This document shows, one piece after another, positions 31,866 to 42,732 of a stretch of 64,000 bases of DNA. Numbering within the stretch: the stretch's first letter is position 1; every line of letters begins with the position of its first letter. This DNA comes from an uncultured Aliarcobacter sp. Lineage in GTDB: Bacteria > Campylobacterota > Campylobacteria > Campylobacterales > Arcobacteraceae. Made by a program: the position numbers and the translations under genes. Where the stretch lies: positions 480,001 to 544,000 of the forward strand of contig CAXXLV010000001.1 of assembly GCA_963664305.2 (NCBI GenBank), given 5' to 3'. The notes beneath the pieces were generated by a model. It saw only the letters and a list, made by a program, of their open reading frames with translations. It had not been told where the DNA came from and searched no databases.

Positions 31866-33554
31866 TTGAGAAGTGATGAAGTAAAAAAAGGATTTGATAG
31901 AACACCTCATAGATCATTATTAAGAGCAACAGGACTTAAAGACGAAGACTTTGATAAACCATTTATTGGAGTTGCAAACTCTTTTATTGAATTAATTCCA
32001 GGACATTTTTTCCTAGATAAAGTATCAGCTATTATAAAAGAAGAGATAAAAGCAAATGGTTGTGTACCATTTGAATTTAATACTATTGGAGTTGATGATG
32101 GTATTGCAATGGGACATGATGGGATGTTATTTTCTCTTCCTTCAAGAGAATTAATTGCAAACTCTATTGAAACAGTTATGAATGCACATAAACTTGATGC
32201 GATGATTGCTATTCCAAACTGTGATAAAATTGTACCAGGTATGATTATGGGAGCTTTAAGAGTTAATGTTCCAACAATTTTTGTTTCAGGTGGACCAATG
32301 GAAAAAGGTTACACAAAAGATGGAACTCCAATTGACTTAGCAACTGCATTTGAAGCTGTTGGAAAACATGAAGCTGGACAAATGAGTGATGAAGAGTTAA
32401 AAGATATTGAATGTAATGCATGTCCAAGTGGTGGTTCATGTTCAGGGATGTTTACAGCTAACTCTATGAATACACTTATGGAAGCTATGGGAATTGCACT
32501 TCCTGGAAATGGAACTATCTTAGCTTTAACTCCTGAAAGAGAAGAGTTATATAGAAAAGCTGCTAGAAGAATTTGTGAAATTGCACTTGATGCACAAGCT
32601 AGAGAAAAATACAAATTAAAAAATATTTTAAATGAAAACGCAGTTAAAAATGCATTTGCTGTTGATATGGCAATGGGTGGAAGTTCAAATACAGTTTTAC
32701 ATATGTTAGCTATTGCTAAAGAAGCAAATGTAAACTTTAATCTTGAAGATATTAATAAAATTTCTAAAAGAGTTTCTCATATTGCAAAAATTTCTCCATC
32801 TTTATCAACTGTTCACATGGAAGATATCAATAAAGCTGGTGGTGTAAATGCAGTTATGAAAGAGATGACAAAAAGAGGTGATGACATTTTATTAGATAAC
32901 CTTACAATCTCTGGTGAAACTGTATTAGAAAAAATCAAAGATGCTTATATCAAAGATACAAATATTATTCATACTATTGATAATCCTTATTCACAAGTTG
33001 GTGGATTAGCAATTCTTTATGGTAACTTAGCTGAACAAGGTGCTGTTATTAAAACTGCTGGAATTACTGGAAGTAGAGTTTTCACAGGAAAAGCTGTTTG
33101 TTTTGATGGACAACCTGAAGCTATTAAAGGAATTGTTTCTGGAAAAGTAAAAGCTGGTGATGTTGTTGTTATCAGATATGAAGGTCCAAAAGGTGGTCCT
33201 GGAATGCAAGAAATGCTTGCTCCAACTTCATTAATCATGGGAATGGGACTTGGAGATAAAGTTGCATTAATTACTGATGGAAGATTCTCAGGTGCAACAA
33301 GAGGTGCTTCAATTGGACATGTAAGTCCAGAAGCAGCTGAAGGTGGAATGATTGGATTACTAAAAGATGGTGATGAAATTCATATTGATGTTGACCAATA
33401 TATTTTAAGTGTAAATCTTACATTTGAAGAAATTGCTCAAAGAAGAGATGAATTCGTACCTCTAAAAAAACCTCTTAACTCTTCTTGGTTAGGACAATAT
33501 AGAGCACTAGTAACAAATGCAAGTTCTGGGGCTGTTCTAAAAACTGATTTATAA
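31866..33554 (+). CDS. ilvD: Dihydroxy-acid dehydratase
   Basis: [50 protein letters not shown] start. Confidence 0.98.
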   Translation: MRSDEVKKGFDRTPHRSLLRATGLKDEDFDKPFIGVANSFIELIPGHFFLDKVSAIIKEEIKANGCVPFEFNTIGVDDGIAMGHDGMLFSLPSRELIANSIETVMNAHKLDAMIAIPNCDKIVPGMIMGALRVNVPTIFVSGGPMEKGYTKDGTPIDLATAFEAVGKHEAGQMSDEELKDIECNACPSGGSCSGMFTANSMNTLMEAMGIALPGNGTILALTPEREELYRKAARRICEIALDAQAREKYKLKNILNENAVKNAFAVDMAMGGSSNTVLHMLAIAKEANVNFNLEDINKISKRVSHIAKISPSLSTVHMEDINKAGGVNAVMKEMTKRGDDILLDNLTISGETVLEKIKDAYIKDTNIIHTIDNPYSQVGGLAILYGNLAEQGAVIKTAGITGSRVFTGKAVCFDGQPEAIKGIVSGKVKAGDVVVIRYEGPKGGPGMQEMLAPTSLIMGMGLGDKVALITDGRFSGATRGASIGHVSPEAAEGGMIGLLKDGDEIHIDVDQYILSVNLTFEEIAQRRDEFVPLKKPLNSSWLGQYRALVTNASSGAVLKTDL

Positions 33555-33584
33555 TTAAAATAGGGATAAATCCCTGTTTTAATT
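33553..33584 (+). terminator. Intrinsic terminator after ilvD
   Basis: AATTAAAATAGGGA-TAAA-TCCCTGTTTTAATT. Confidence 0.75.
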
Positions 33585-33599
33585 AACTTTTGATTAACT
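33582..33599 (+). promoter_or_regulatory. Putative OmpR-family (CprR-like) binding site upstream of htrA
   Basis: ATTAACT-N4-ATTAACT, 11-bp period. Confidence 0.4.
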
Positions 33600-33662
33600 G
33601 TTTATTGGAAAATAGTTTACTCTTATACTTTAGAATGTCAACATAATAAATCGAAAAAGGAT

Positions 33663-35090
33663 ATGAAAGTGAAGAAAAAACTTTTAATAATTTCTACAAT
33701 ACTTGCGACTCAACTATTTGCAAAAACAATAGATTTTGAGATGATGGATAAAAATCCTGTGAGAGTGGCTCCAAATTCAACAAGTGAAATTTTGTCATTT
33801 AATAGTAGTATTAAAAATTCTGTAAATTCAATTGTTAATATTTCTGCTAAAAGACATGTTGATACAAGCCTTGATACTTTACCTCTTCAAATGTTTAACG
33901 ATCCATTTTTCAAAAGATTTTTTGGTGACCAATTTGGAAATCAGTTAAAACAAAATAGAGTCCAAAGATCTTTAGGTTCTGGTGTTATTGTTTCAAAGGA
34001 TGGTTACATCGTTACAAATAACCATGTTATTGAAAATGCGGAAGAGATAACAGTTACTATTGGTGATGATACAACTGAATATAATGCAAAACTTATTGGT
34101 AAAGATGCAGATAGTGATATTGCTGTTATAAAAATTGAATCAAATATTCCACTTAATCCTATAAAACTTGGTGATTCAAATAGTTTATTAGTTGGTGATG
34201 TTATTTTTGCTATTGGAAACCCATTTGGAATAGGAAGTACTGTAACACAAGGTATTATCTCTGCACTTAATAAAAATAAAGTTGGAATAAATAGATATGA
34301 AAACTATATTCAAACTGATGCTTCTATAAATCCTGGAAATTCAGGTGGTGCATTGGTTGATAGTAGAGGTGCATTAATAGGTATTAACACTGCAATTATC
34401 TCAAAAAGTGGTGGAAACAATGGTATTGGATTTGCAATTCCAGTTGCAATGGTAAAAGATGTAGTTGAAAAACTTGTTGCTGATGGTAAAGTAACTAGAG
34501 GTTATTTAGGTGTTGCTATTGCTGATATGGATAGTGAATTATCAAAAGTTTATAAAAGAAAAGAAGGTGCATTAGTTTTAGATATCTCTTCTGAAACACC
34601 TGCTGCTAAATATGGACTAAAAAGAGGCGACTTAATTTATGCTATCAATGGAAAAGAGATAAAAGATAGAAGCTCTTTACAAAACACAATTGCATCTTTT
34701 AAACCAGATGAAAAAATCAAAATAGATTTAGAAAGAGATGGTAAAGATATGTCATTAAATATTGTTTTAGGTGATAGAACAAGTTTAGTGCAAATTCAAT
34801 CAGATAACAATACTTTCTTAGGTGGTTTAAAACTTAGTCAAATTGATGCTGAAACACAAAAACAATTTAGATTATCAAGTGATTCAACAGGAATTTTAAT
34901 TTCTGATGTTGAACCAAAATCTAAAGCAGAAAAAGCTGGTTTCCAAGCTGGTGATATTATTATTCAAATAGAAGATGTTGAAATTAAAAACTTTACAAAT
35001 ATCGAAACAGCATTAAAAAGATATAATAGTAAATACAAAAGAGTTTATGTAAATAGATATGGACAAACAATAATGTTCGTAATTCAATAA
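33663..35090 (+). CDS. htrA: Periplasmic serine protease HtrA/DegP
   Basis: GSGV, TNNHV, INPGNSGG, two PDZ domains. Confidence 0.97.
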   Translation: MKVKKKLLIISTILATQLFAKTIDFEMMDKNPVRVAPNSTSEILSFNSSIKNSVNSIVNISAKRHVDTSLDTLPLQMFNDPFFKRFFGDQFGNQLKQNRVQRSLGSGVIVSKDGYIVTNNHVIENAEEITVTIGDDTTEYNAKLIGKDADSDIAVIKIESNIPLNPIKLGDSNSLLVGDVIFAIGNPFGIGSTVTQGIISALNKNKVGINRYENYIQTDASINPGNSGGALVDSRGALIGINTAIISKSGGNNGIGFAIPVAMVKDVVEKLVADGKVTRGYLGVAIADMDSELSKVYKRKEGALVLDISSETPAAKYGLKRGDLIYAINGKEIKDRSSLQNTIASFKPDEKIKIDLERDGKDMSLNIVLGDRTSLVQIQSDNNTFLGGLKLSQIDAETQKQFRLSSDSTGILISDVEPKSKAEKAGFQAGDIIIQIEDVEIKNFTNIETALKRYNSKYKRVYVNRYGQTIMFVIQ

Positions 35091-35101
35091 AAGGATAAGC
35101 C

Positions 35102-35779
35102 ATAATAAAAGTACTTATGATAGAAGATGATTTAGAATTAGCTCAAATCATCACTGATTATTTAAAATCATTTGATATAGAAGTTGTTAACACTGATAGT
35201 CCATATAATGGACTATCAATGCTTAATGTACATAAAGATTATCAACTTATTATTCTTGATTTAACTCTTCCAGAAATTGATGGATTAGAATTAATTCCAA
35301 AAATCAGAGAAAAATCAGATATACCAATTATCATTAGTTCTGCTCGTGATGATATTTTAGATAAAGTTATGGGATTAGAAAGAGGTGCTGATGATTATCT
35401 TCCAAAACCATATAATCCAAGAGAATTGCAAGCTAGAATAAAAACTATTTTAAAAAGAGTAGAATCAAAAGATGAGCCTAAAAAAGCTGAACAAAACTCT
35501 TTATTTGAAGTAAAAGATAGTGATATGCAAATATTCTTTAAAGGTGTTGCATTAACTCTTACATTAGCTGAATATGATATTTTAAAACTATTAATTCAAA
35601 GAAATCATGGAGTAGTTGCAAGGGAAGATTTTATCTATGCAAGTGACAATATAGAAGATGATTCATCACTTAAAAATATAGATGTTATTATTTCAAGAAT
35701 TAGAACAAAACTATCAAAAATCGATGATAGTCAAACTTATATTAAATCTGTAAGAGGTATTGGATATCAGTTAATATGA
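35102..35779 (+). CDS. cprR: OmpR-family response regulator, CprR-like (probable ATA start)
   Basis: (M)IKVLMIEDDLELA, LDL.LP..DG, GADDYLPKPY, VRGIGY; htrA-RR-HK order as in C. jejuni. Confidence 0.85.
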   Translation: MIKVLMIEDDLELAQIITDYLKSFDIEVVNTDSPYNGLSMLNVHKDYQLIILDLTLPEIDGLELIPKIREKSDIPIIISSARDDILDKVMGLERGADDYLPKPYNPRELQARIKTILKRVESKDEPKKAEQNSLFEVKDSDMQIFFKGVALTLTLAEYDILKLLIQRNHGVVAREDFIYASDNIEDDSSLKNIDVIISRIRTKLSKIDDSQTYIKSVRGIGYQLI

Positions 35780-36999
35780 TAAAAAATATCTCTATTTCTA
35801 CTTTTGTAAATATCATATTTACATTAGCTTTTATTTCTATTTTTATAACTTTTGCAATGTTTATCAACTATGACAAACAAAAACATGAAGTATCACTTCA
35901 AAATAGATATGAATTAATTGCAGAAAATTTTTTAAGTTCATTCCAAAATCAGCCAACAGTTGAATCACTTATAGCTTTATATAAAAAATTCCAAGTTATG
36001 CCTATTGAAGATAGGGATAAAAAACTAGAAATTATTAAAAATGCTCAAGAACTAACAATTACTCAAAACTATTTAGGAACTTATAGAGTTTATAAATACA
36101 ATGATATTTATTATATTTATGTTCAACAGTATGGTTATAATCTTATGTTAAAAGACTCTGCAAACCATAACTATAGTATGGCTTTTATAATTGTTGGATT
36201 TGCTATATCGTTATTTACCTTTTTATTTTTATATGAAATTTTAAAAAGAAAATTAAGACCTTTAAATACATTAAATAAACAAATTATAGAATTTTCTGCA
36301 GGTAGAAAAGACATAAAACTAAACTATACAAGTAATGATGAAATTGGAACAATTGCTAGAAATTTTAATGAAGCTATAAATATAATAAACAATCAATCTA
36401 AATCAAAAGATTTATTTATGCGAAATATGATGCATGAATTAAAAACTCCTATCACAAAAGCTATGTTTATTGCAGAAACACTTGAAGATGATAAAACAAG
36501 AGAAAATCTACAACGTGCATTTAAAAGAATGGATGATATTATCAAAGAGTTAGCAACTGTTGAAAAACTAACTTCTAAAAATACAATGATTTATAAAGAA
36601 GAGACTAATTTCTTTAATATTTATACAAAAACTTTAGAGCTTATGATGATAAATCCAGAAAATATTACGGCAAAAATTAGAGATTTCAAATTTGATGTTG
36701 ATATTTATATGATGTCAATTGCACTTAAAAACTTGATTGATAATGCGATAAAATTCTCTACAAATAGAAAAGCAATAATCAATGCAAATAAAAAACATAT
36801 TGAAATAATCTCTTTCGGTGAACCCCTGAAAAATGAGTTATCATACTACACTGAAGCATTTTCACAAGAAGAAAAAAGAAGTGATGGTTTTGGATTAGGA
36901 CTTTATATTGTAAAAACAATAGTAAGTTTACATGGATTTAAACTTGAATATAAATATGAAGAAGGGAAAAACTACTTTATCATAAATATGACAAAGTAG
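35776..36999 (+). CDS. cprS: Sensor histidine kinase, CprS/ArsS-like
   Basis: 2 TM, HAMP, MHELKTP, NLIDNA, GFGLGL. Confidence 0.85.
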   Translation: MIKNISISTFVNIIFTLAFISIFITFAMFINYDKQKHEVSLQNRYELIAENFLSSFQNQPTVESLIALYKKFQVMPIEDRDKKLEIIKNAQELTITQNYLGTYRVYKYNDIYYIYVQQYGYNLMLKDSANHNYSMAFIIVGFAISLFTFLFLYEILKRKLRPLNTLNKQIIEFSAGRKDIKLNYTSNDEIGTIARNFNEAINIINNQSKSKDLFMRNMMHELKTPITKAMFIAETLEDDKTRENLQRAFKRMDDIIKELATVEKLTSKNTMIYKEETNFFNIYTKTLELMMINPENITAKIRDFKFDVDIYMMSIALKNLIDNAIKFSTNRKAIINANKKHIEIISFGEPLKNELSYYTEAFSQEEKRSDGFGLGLYIVKTIVSLHGFKLEYKYEEGKNYFIINMTK

Positions 37000-37006
37000 T
37001 TATTTC

Positions 37007-37432
37007 TTAACTTCTTACATCTTTCATAACTTCAAACCAATTTCTATTAAAATGTTTTTTAATATATTTAGCTCTATGAGGCACTATACAACCCGAACAA
37101 TTTTGGTGAATATAATCTTCACCAATATATTGACTTCCATCACGAGACTTGATATTACAAACTGAAAATAGAGTTTTTCCATCTTCTGTTTTTTCAAATC
37201 CATCCATTTTAAATCTAAAATTTGGACAGGCACATAAATAGCAATTTAAATCTTCCATATCATGACATTTTTTATTATCTTTATAAAGTGGACAAAAATC
37301 TGGTTCATTTTTTACCATATTTTCAAATTTAAAATACTCTATTACCTCATCAACTGATTTATCAGTTAATTTTTTCATTACATTTGCATGAAGATTACCC
37401 TGTTGGATAAACCACTCTTCATAAGTCATCAT
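37007..37432 (-). CDS. Cysteine-rich small-domain protein
   Basis: FCPLY...KCH...LNCYLCACP...C...NCSGC..PH; coupled to cbiB. Confidence 0.75.
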   Translation of the reverse strand: MMTYEEWFIQQGNLHANVMKKLTDKSVDEVIEYFKFENMVKNEPDFCPLYKDNKKCHDMEDLNCYLCACPNFRFKMDGFEKTEDGKTLFSVCNIKSRDGSQYIGEDYIHQNCSGCIVPHRAKYIKKHFNRNWFEVMKDVRS

Positions 37433-38316
37433 AAAACTCCTAAAACTAATACAATTATTATAAAAATATCTAAACGGTTTCTAAGAGATAATGCCTTTAA
37501 AACATCTTCTTTTTCTATTATCTCTTTTCCATCTCCAAAATATGGTTTATCTTTCAACTTACCAAAATATGAAGTAGGACCGCCAAGTTTAACATTTATA
37601 GCTAGTGCTAAAGCTGATATTGGAAGCCCAGCATTAAAACTATCATGTTTTTTCCCATATTTTTTAAACTCAAGCAATGCTTTTAAACTAAAAAATAGTA
37701 TCGAGATTAAAATAGCTGTTATTCTTGCTGGAATAAAATTTAAAACATCATCAACTCTTGCACTAAATTTTCCAAATTTTTCATATTTCTCATTTCTATA
37801 ACCAACCATAGAATCAAGAGTATTCACAGCTTTATAAATAAATGCTCCAACTATTCCAAAACATAAAAGATAAAATAAAGGTGCAATTACTCCATCACTA
37901 AGATTTTCTCCATAAGTTTCAATAGCAGCTTTGTTTATATCACTATCACTTAATTCTTTAGTATCACGACTTACAAGCATTGAAATTTTTTCTCTTTTGA
38001 TATTTATGTCATCACTTGAAACTACATCTTTTACACTATCATAAAGTAATTTTGAAGACAAAGTAAAGGAAGCTAAAAATCCTTGAACTAAAATATTATC
38101 AAATAAAGATAATAGATATGAGACTATAAATACAATAAACAAAAGAGAAGAAGTAAGTAATACTCCTCTAAAAATAGAATCTTTATAAAAATATTTTTGA
38201 AACCAAGAGATATAATTTCCCATCAAAATAATAGGATGTTTAAAAAACTTCAATTCTTCAAACTCTCTAAAAACTCTATCTAAAATATATGCTATTAATG
38301 CTACTTCATAATACAT
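37429..38316 (-). CDS. cbiB: Adenosylcobinamide-phosphate synthase CbiB
   Basis: HPI..MG, VSRDT, ENLSDGVIAP, NTLDSMVGY, DDVLNFIPAR. Confidence 0.95.
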   Translation of the reverse strand: MYYEVALIAYILDRVFREFEELKFFKHPIILMGNYISWFQKYFYKDSIFRGVLLTSSLLFIVFIVSYLLSLFDNILVQGFLASFTLSSKLLYDSVKDVVSSDDINIKREKISMLVSRDTKELSDSDINKAAIETYGENLSDGVIAPLFYLLCFGIVGAFIYKAVNTLDSMVGYRNEKYEKFGKFSARVDDVLNFIPARITAILISILFFSLKALLEFKKYGKKHDSFNAGLPISALALAINVKLGGPTSYFGKLKDKPYFGDGKEIIEKEDVLKALSLRNRLDIFIIIVLVLGVL

Positions 38317-38411
38317 TGAACTTACAAATCCTACGATTTTAATTTTTTAATAAATGTTATAATTTCTAAATAAAATGGAATAGTATCATAGTTTATTAAA
38401 AGGAGTCAAAA

Positions 38412-39833
38412 ATGAAAGTATTATTAACCGGCTCAACTGGATATATTGGAAGAAGATTAAAACAAAAACTTCTAGAAGATAAAAATATAGAATTAAAACT
38501 CCTTGTTAGAAATAAAAATAGTGTACGTTCAAACTTACAAAATAAAATAGAAATTATTGAAGGTGACACTTTTAATAAAGACTCTTTAAAAGAAGCTCTA
38601 AAAGATGTAGAAACTGCTTATTATTTAATTCACTCTTTAAGTAATGAAAACTATAAAGACCTAGATAAAATCTCTGCTCAAAACTTTTTAGATGTGGCAA
38701 ATGAATGCAATGTTAAAAGAGTTATCTATCTAGGAGGTTTAGGAGTTAAAAATGAAAATACAAGTGAACACTTATTAAGTCGTATTGAAACTGGAGAAAT
38801 TTTAAGTTCAAATAAAAATGTTCAAACTATTTGGCTTCGAGCAGGAGTTATAATTGGTTCAGGAAGTGCTAGTTTTGAAATAATAAGAAATCTAACAGAA
38901 AAACTTCCAGTTATGACAACTCCAAAATGGGTAACTACAAAAGCTCAACCAATAGCAGTAGATGATGTACTTTCATATTTATATAATGCATTATATTTAG
39001 AAAAAAAAGAAAATCTAATAGTAGATATTGGAAGTGAACAACTTAGCTATAAAGAGATGATGCTAAAAACTGCAAAAGTTTTAGGTCTAAAAAGATGGTT
39101 AATCTCTCTTCCATTTATGAGTATAAACCTTTCATCTTATTGGTTAAATCTTTTTACTCCTGTTCCTTTTTCTATTGCAAAAGCACTAATTGAAGGATTA
39201 AAATCAGAAGTTGTAATCCAAAATCAAAATGCTAAAAAATATTTTCCAAATATTGCTCCTATTTCCTATGAAGATGCTGTAAAAAATGCAATAAAAGAGA
39301 TAGAAGAAAATCAAGTAATAAGTAGGTGGAATGACAAAGGTGATGGAGTTTGGGATAAAACAAGTAATAGTGAAATATCAAAAGCAATTTTTATAGATAG
39401 AAAAGAAGAAGATATTTCAAATATAGATGCTTCTAAAGTTTATAAATCATTTATTAGTATTGGTGGGGCTAATGGCTGGTTTGATTTTGACTTTTTGTGG
39501 GAATTAAGAGGAATAATTGATAAACTAATTGGCGGTGTTGGACTAAAACGAGGAAGAAGAAGCCAATGTGATTTAAGAATTAGTGATTGTTTAGATTTTT
39601 GGAAAGTTGTTGATTTAAAAGAAAATGAAAGACTTCTTTTATACGCTCAAATGAAAATTCCAGGAGAAGCTTGGCTTGAGTTTAAAATCAAAGATAATAA
39701 ACTAATCCAATCTGCATATTTTTATCCAAAAGGTGTTTTAGGAAGATTGTATTGGTATGCTTTAATTCCCCTACACTATTTTGTATTTAATAATATGATA
39801 AAAAGTATAATCAAAAAAGCAAAAGGCTTTTAG
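38412..39833 (+). CDS. Atypical SDR oxidoreductase with DUF2867-like C-terminus (YbjT-like)
   Basis: TGSTGYIG, YYLIHS, HLLSR, IGGANGW, DFWKV, AQMKIPG. Confidence 0.85.
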   Translation: MKVLLTGSTGYIGRRLKQKLLEDKNIELKLLVRNKNSVRSNLQNKIEIIEGDTFNKDSLKEALKDVETAYYLIHSLSNENYKDLDKISAQNFLDVANECNVKRVIYLGGLGVKNENTSEHLLSRIETGEILSSNKNVQTIWLRAGVIIGSGSASFEIIRNLTEKLPVMTTPKWVTTKAQPIAVDDVLSYLYNALYLEKKENLIVDIGSEQLSYKEMMLKTAKVLGLKRWLISLPFMSINLSSYWLNLFTPVPFSIAKALIEGLKSEVVIQNQNAKKYFPNIAPISYEDAVKNAIKEIEENQVISRWNDKGDGVWDKTSNSEISKAIFIDRKEEDISNIDASKVYKSFISIGGANGWFDFDFLWELRGIIDKLIGGVGLKRGRRSQCDLRISDCLDFWKVVDLKENERLLLYAQMKIPGEAWLEFKIKDNKLIQSAYFYPKGVLGRLYWYALIPLHYFVFNNMIKSIIKKAKGF

Positions 39834-41230
39834 CTTATGCTTTTTATCAAATAATCAATATCTATCTTTTCTTTTAAACTTCCAATAAAATTATCAACTG
39901 TTTTTTTCTTATATTCTTTAAAATCAAATCCAATATAATCACTTTTTATAGATTTAAAATAGTTTGTTCTAAACTCATCATTGTCAAAAATCTTATGTAC
40001 AAAAGTACCTTTAAAATTTTTCTTTTCAAAAGACAAAGGATATTTTTGACACATTCCATGATGTATCTCAAAACCATCTATTTTTGTGCCAAATAACTCA
40101 TAACTCTTTTTCTCTAAAATTTTCTCTTTTTCAAAAACTATCACATCATCTATTAAAGCAAAACCTTCTTCACTGATAGCTTCTTCATTTTCTAAAGAGT
40201 ATTTATCTTCAAGGGTTTCAAACATCATCTCATATCCACCACAAATGGCACAAATATCTTTTTTGTAGTTTTTAATTTGCTCAAATAATCCAGTTTGTTT
40301 TAACCATAATAAATCTTTGATTACAAGTTTACTTCCTGGAAGTATCACTAAATCAAACTTTTCTAAAGAGATATTTGAACTAACAAATTCTACTAAAACT
40401 TCATCATCAGCAATTAGTGGTTCAAAATCATTATAGTTACTCATATATGGATAAGAAATTACTGCAATATCAAGTTTTTTATTTTTTGGGTTTTGAACAA
40501 AGTTTTTTAAACTAGCACTATCTTCAAATCCAAGATTAAATGGAATATATGGTAATACTCCTAAAACTTTGATTTTAAAATCCTCTTCGATTATTCTAAT
40601 TCCTTCATCAAAAAGTGTTAAATCCCCTCTAAATTTATTTACTATAACGCCTATTACATTCTTTCTAAGTTTTTCAGGCAGTAGATTATAAACTCCCCAA
40701 ATAGAAGCAAAAACTCCACCTTTTTCTATGTCTGCCACAAGTATGATTTTTGTATTGTATTCGTTAGCTATAAAAATATTTGATAAATCTTTATCCATAA
40801 GATTTAACTCTACTGGACTTCCAGCACCTTCTGCAACAACACAATCGTATTTTTCATCTAAATATTCATAACATCTTTTAACGGCAGGTTTTAACAAATC
40901 TAAATCTCTATAATATTCTCTTACATCTTTATTTGTAACTACTTTCCCCTCAACTATAAGTGAAGCAGAACTTCCACGACCAGATTTTAGTAAAACTGGA
41001 TTTAGATGATATGAAGTTTTTACACCTAAAACTTCTGCTTGAAAATATTGAGCAATAGCGATTTCACTTCCATCATCACAAACATGAGAATTATTTGAAA
41101 CATTTTGTGCTTTAAATGGTGTAACATTTATTCCCAAGTCTTGAATAATTTTTGCAATTACAAAAGTTATTGTTGATTTTCCTGCATCACTACTTGTCCC
41201 AAATATTGATATGTTATTAATACTTTTCAT
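39830..41230 (-). CDS. cobQ: Cobyric acid synthase
   Basis: GTSSDAGKS, PFKAQN, EGAGSPVELNL, LPGSK, ICGGYEM, GFEIH. Confidence 0.95.
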   Translation of the reverse strand: MKSINNISIFGTSSDAGKSTITFVIAKIIQDLGINVTPFKAQNVSNNSHVCDDGSEIAIAQYFQAEVLGVKTSYHLNPVLLKSGRGSSASLIVEGKVVTNKDVREYYRDLDLLKPAVKRCYEYLDEKYDCVVAEGAGSPVELNLMDKDLSNIFIANEYNTKIILVADIEKGGVFASIWGVYNLLPEKLRKNVIGVIVNKFRGDLTLFDEGIRIIEEDFKIKVLGVLPYIPFNLGFEDSASLKNFVQNPKNKKLDIAVISYPYMSNYNDFEPLIADDEVLVEFVSSNISLEKFDLVILPGSKLVIKDLLWLKQTGLFEQIKNYKKDICAICGGYEMMFETLEDKYSLENEEAISEEGFALIDDVIVFEKEKILEKKSYELFGTKIDGFEIHHGMCQKYPLSFEKKNFKGTFVHKIFDNDEFRTNYFKSIKSDYIGFDFKEYKKKTVDNFIGSLKEKIDIDYLIKSIS

Positions 41231-41349
41231 AAATTATTTTTTTCCAATGTCTTATTATATATACAACTGTTTTTGTCTTTTATTAGATATTACTGCTATA
41301 ATATCAAAAGCTAAGTATATGTATTAATTCTTAAAATAAAGAATATAAA

Positions 41350-42726
41350 ATGAAAAAATTTAACAAAAACTTTAGCCTCAAATGTATCTACTTTATTGTA
41401 TTTACATCACTTATTGCTTGGGCATTTTTTGCCTACTATACAATGAATAAACAAATCCACAATCAAGAAATTTATGCAAAAATAATAAATCTTAGTGGAA
41501 AACAAAGAATGCTTTCTCAAAAAACTACACTTATATCAAAAAGATATTTTGAATCAAAAGATGAAAATTTAAAAGTTCATCTAAAAGAATTGATTGATTT
41601 GATGAACAAAGAACATAACTATATTATTAGTCATTTAACTTCAAAAGAGATAGAAAAAATTTATTTATCAGAAGATAGACTTGATAAAAAAGTTAAAGAT
41701 TTTATCTCTTTAGTTGTTCTTTTTTATGAAACAAATAATTCTGATTTATTAAAAGATATTGAGAATAATTCTTTTGAACTCCTACCTCTTTTAGATAAAG
41801 CTGTTTATAGTTTTCAAAAAGAGAGTGATGAAAAAACGGCCCAATTATTACAAAGAGAACGTTTTATTTTAATTGGTACACTTTTAACTATTTTAATAGA
41901 AGCAATTTTTATAGTAATTCCTTCTATAAGAATGTGGGCAAAAAAAGAAAAAGAGTTAAAAGAGTTAAATAGAACACTTAAAATAAAAATTAGAAATGCA
42001 ATAAAAGAAAATGAAGAAAAAGAAAAACTAATTCAACAACAATTCCATTTCATTCAAATGGAAGAGATGATTACAAATGTTTCGCACCAATGGCGACAAC
42101 CATTATCTGTTATTTCAACTATTGCAAGTAGTATAAAAATAGAAAATGAAATGGACAAATTATCAAATGAAGAGTTATCAGAAAAAATTAATATCATTAT
42201 GTCAAAAGTGAACTATCTATCAAATACTATAAATAACTTCAATGAGTTTATAAAAATAGATGATGTTTTGGAAAATATAAATATACAACAAACCATCGAA
42301 GAAACTCTTCAAATTTTAGAATCAAGTATAAAAACAAATAATATTAGTGTTAAAAAAGCTTTCTCCAAAGAGAATATATTTTTAGTTGGGAATAATTCAA
42401 AACTATCACAAGCATTGCTAAATATCTTCAACAATTCAAAAGATTTTCTAATAAATAATTCAATTGAAAATAAAGAAATCTCTATAAAAACATATAGAGA
42501 TAACGCTTATGCATATATTGAAATAGAAGACAATGCAGGTGGTATAAAACAGGAAAATCTAAAAAAAATCTTTGATATATACTTTACAACCAAACACCAA
42601 AGCCAAGGAACTGGACTTGGATTGTATATCACTTATCATATAATCAAGAACTATTTTAAAGGTTCAATAACAGCAAAAAATACAAAACTAGGTGCAAATT
42701 TTATTATTAAATTACCTATGAAATAA
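41350..42726 (+). CDS. Histidine kinase with NarX/PilJ-like sensor domain (orphan)
   Basis: P-box-like AKIINLSGKQRMLSQK, SHQWRQPL, DNAGG, GTGLGL. Confidence 0.88.
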   Translation: MKKFNKNFSLKCIYFIVFTSLIAWAFFAYYTMNKQIHNQEIYAKIINLSGKQRMLSQKTTLISKRYFESKDENLKVHLKELIDLMNKEHNYIISHLTSKEIEKIYLSEDRLDKKVKDFISLVVLFYETNNSDLLKDIENNSFELLPLLDKAVYSFQKESDEKTAQLLQRERFILIGTLLTILIEAIFIVIPSIRMWAKKEKELKELNRTLKIKIRNAIKENEEKEKLIQQQFHFIQMEEMITNVSHQWRQPLSVISTIASSIKIENEMDKLSNEELSEKINIIMSKVNYLSNTINNFNEFIKIDDVLENINIQQTIEETLQILESSIKTNNISVKKAFSKENIFLVGNNSKLSQALLNIFNNSKDFLINNSIENKEISIKTYRDNAYAYIEIEDNAGGIKQENLKKIFDIYFTTKHQSQGTGLGLYITYHIIKNYFKGSITAKNTKLGANFIIKLPMK

Positions 42727-42732
42727 CAATAT

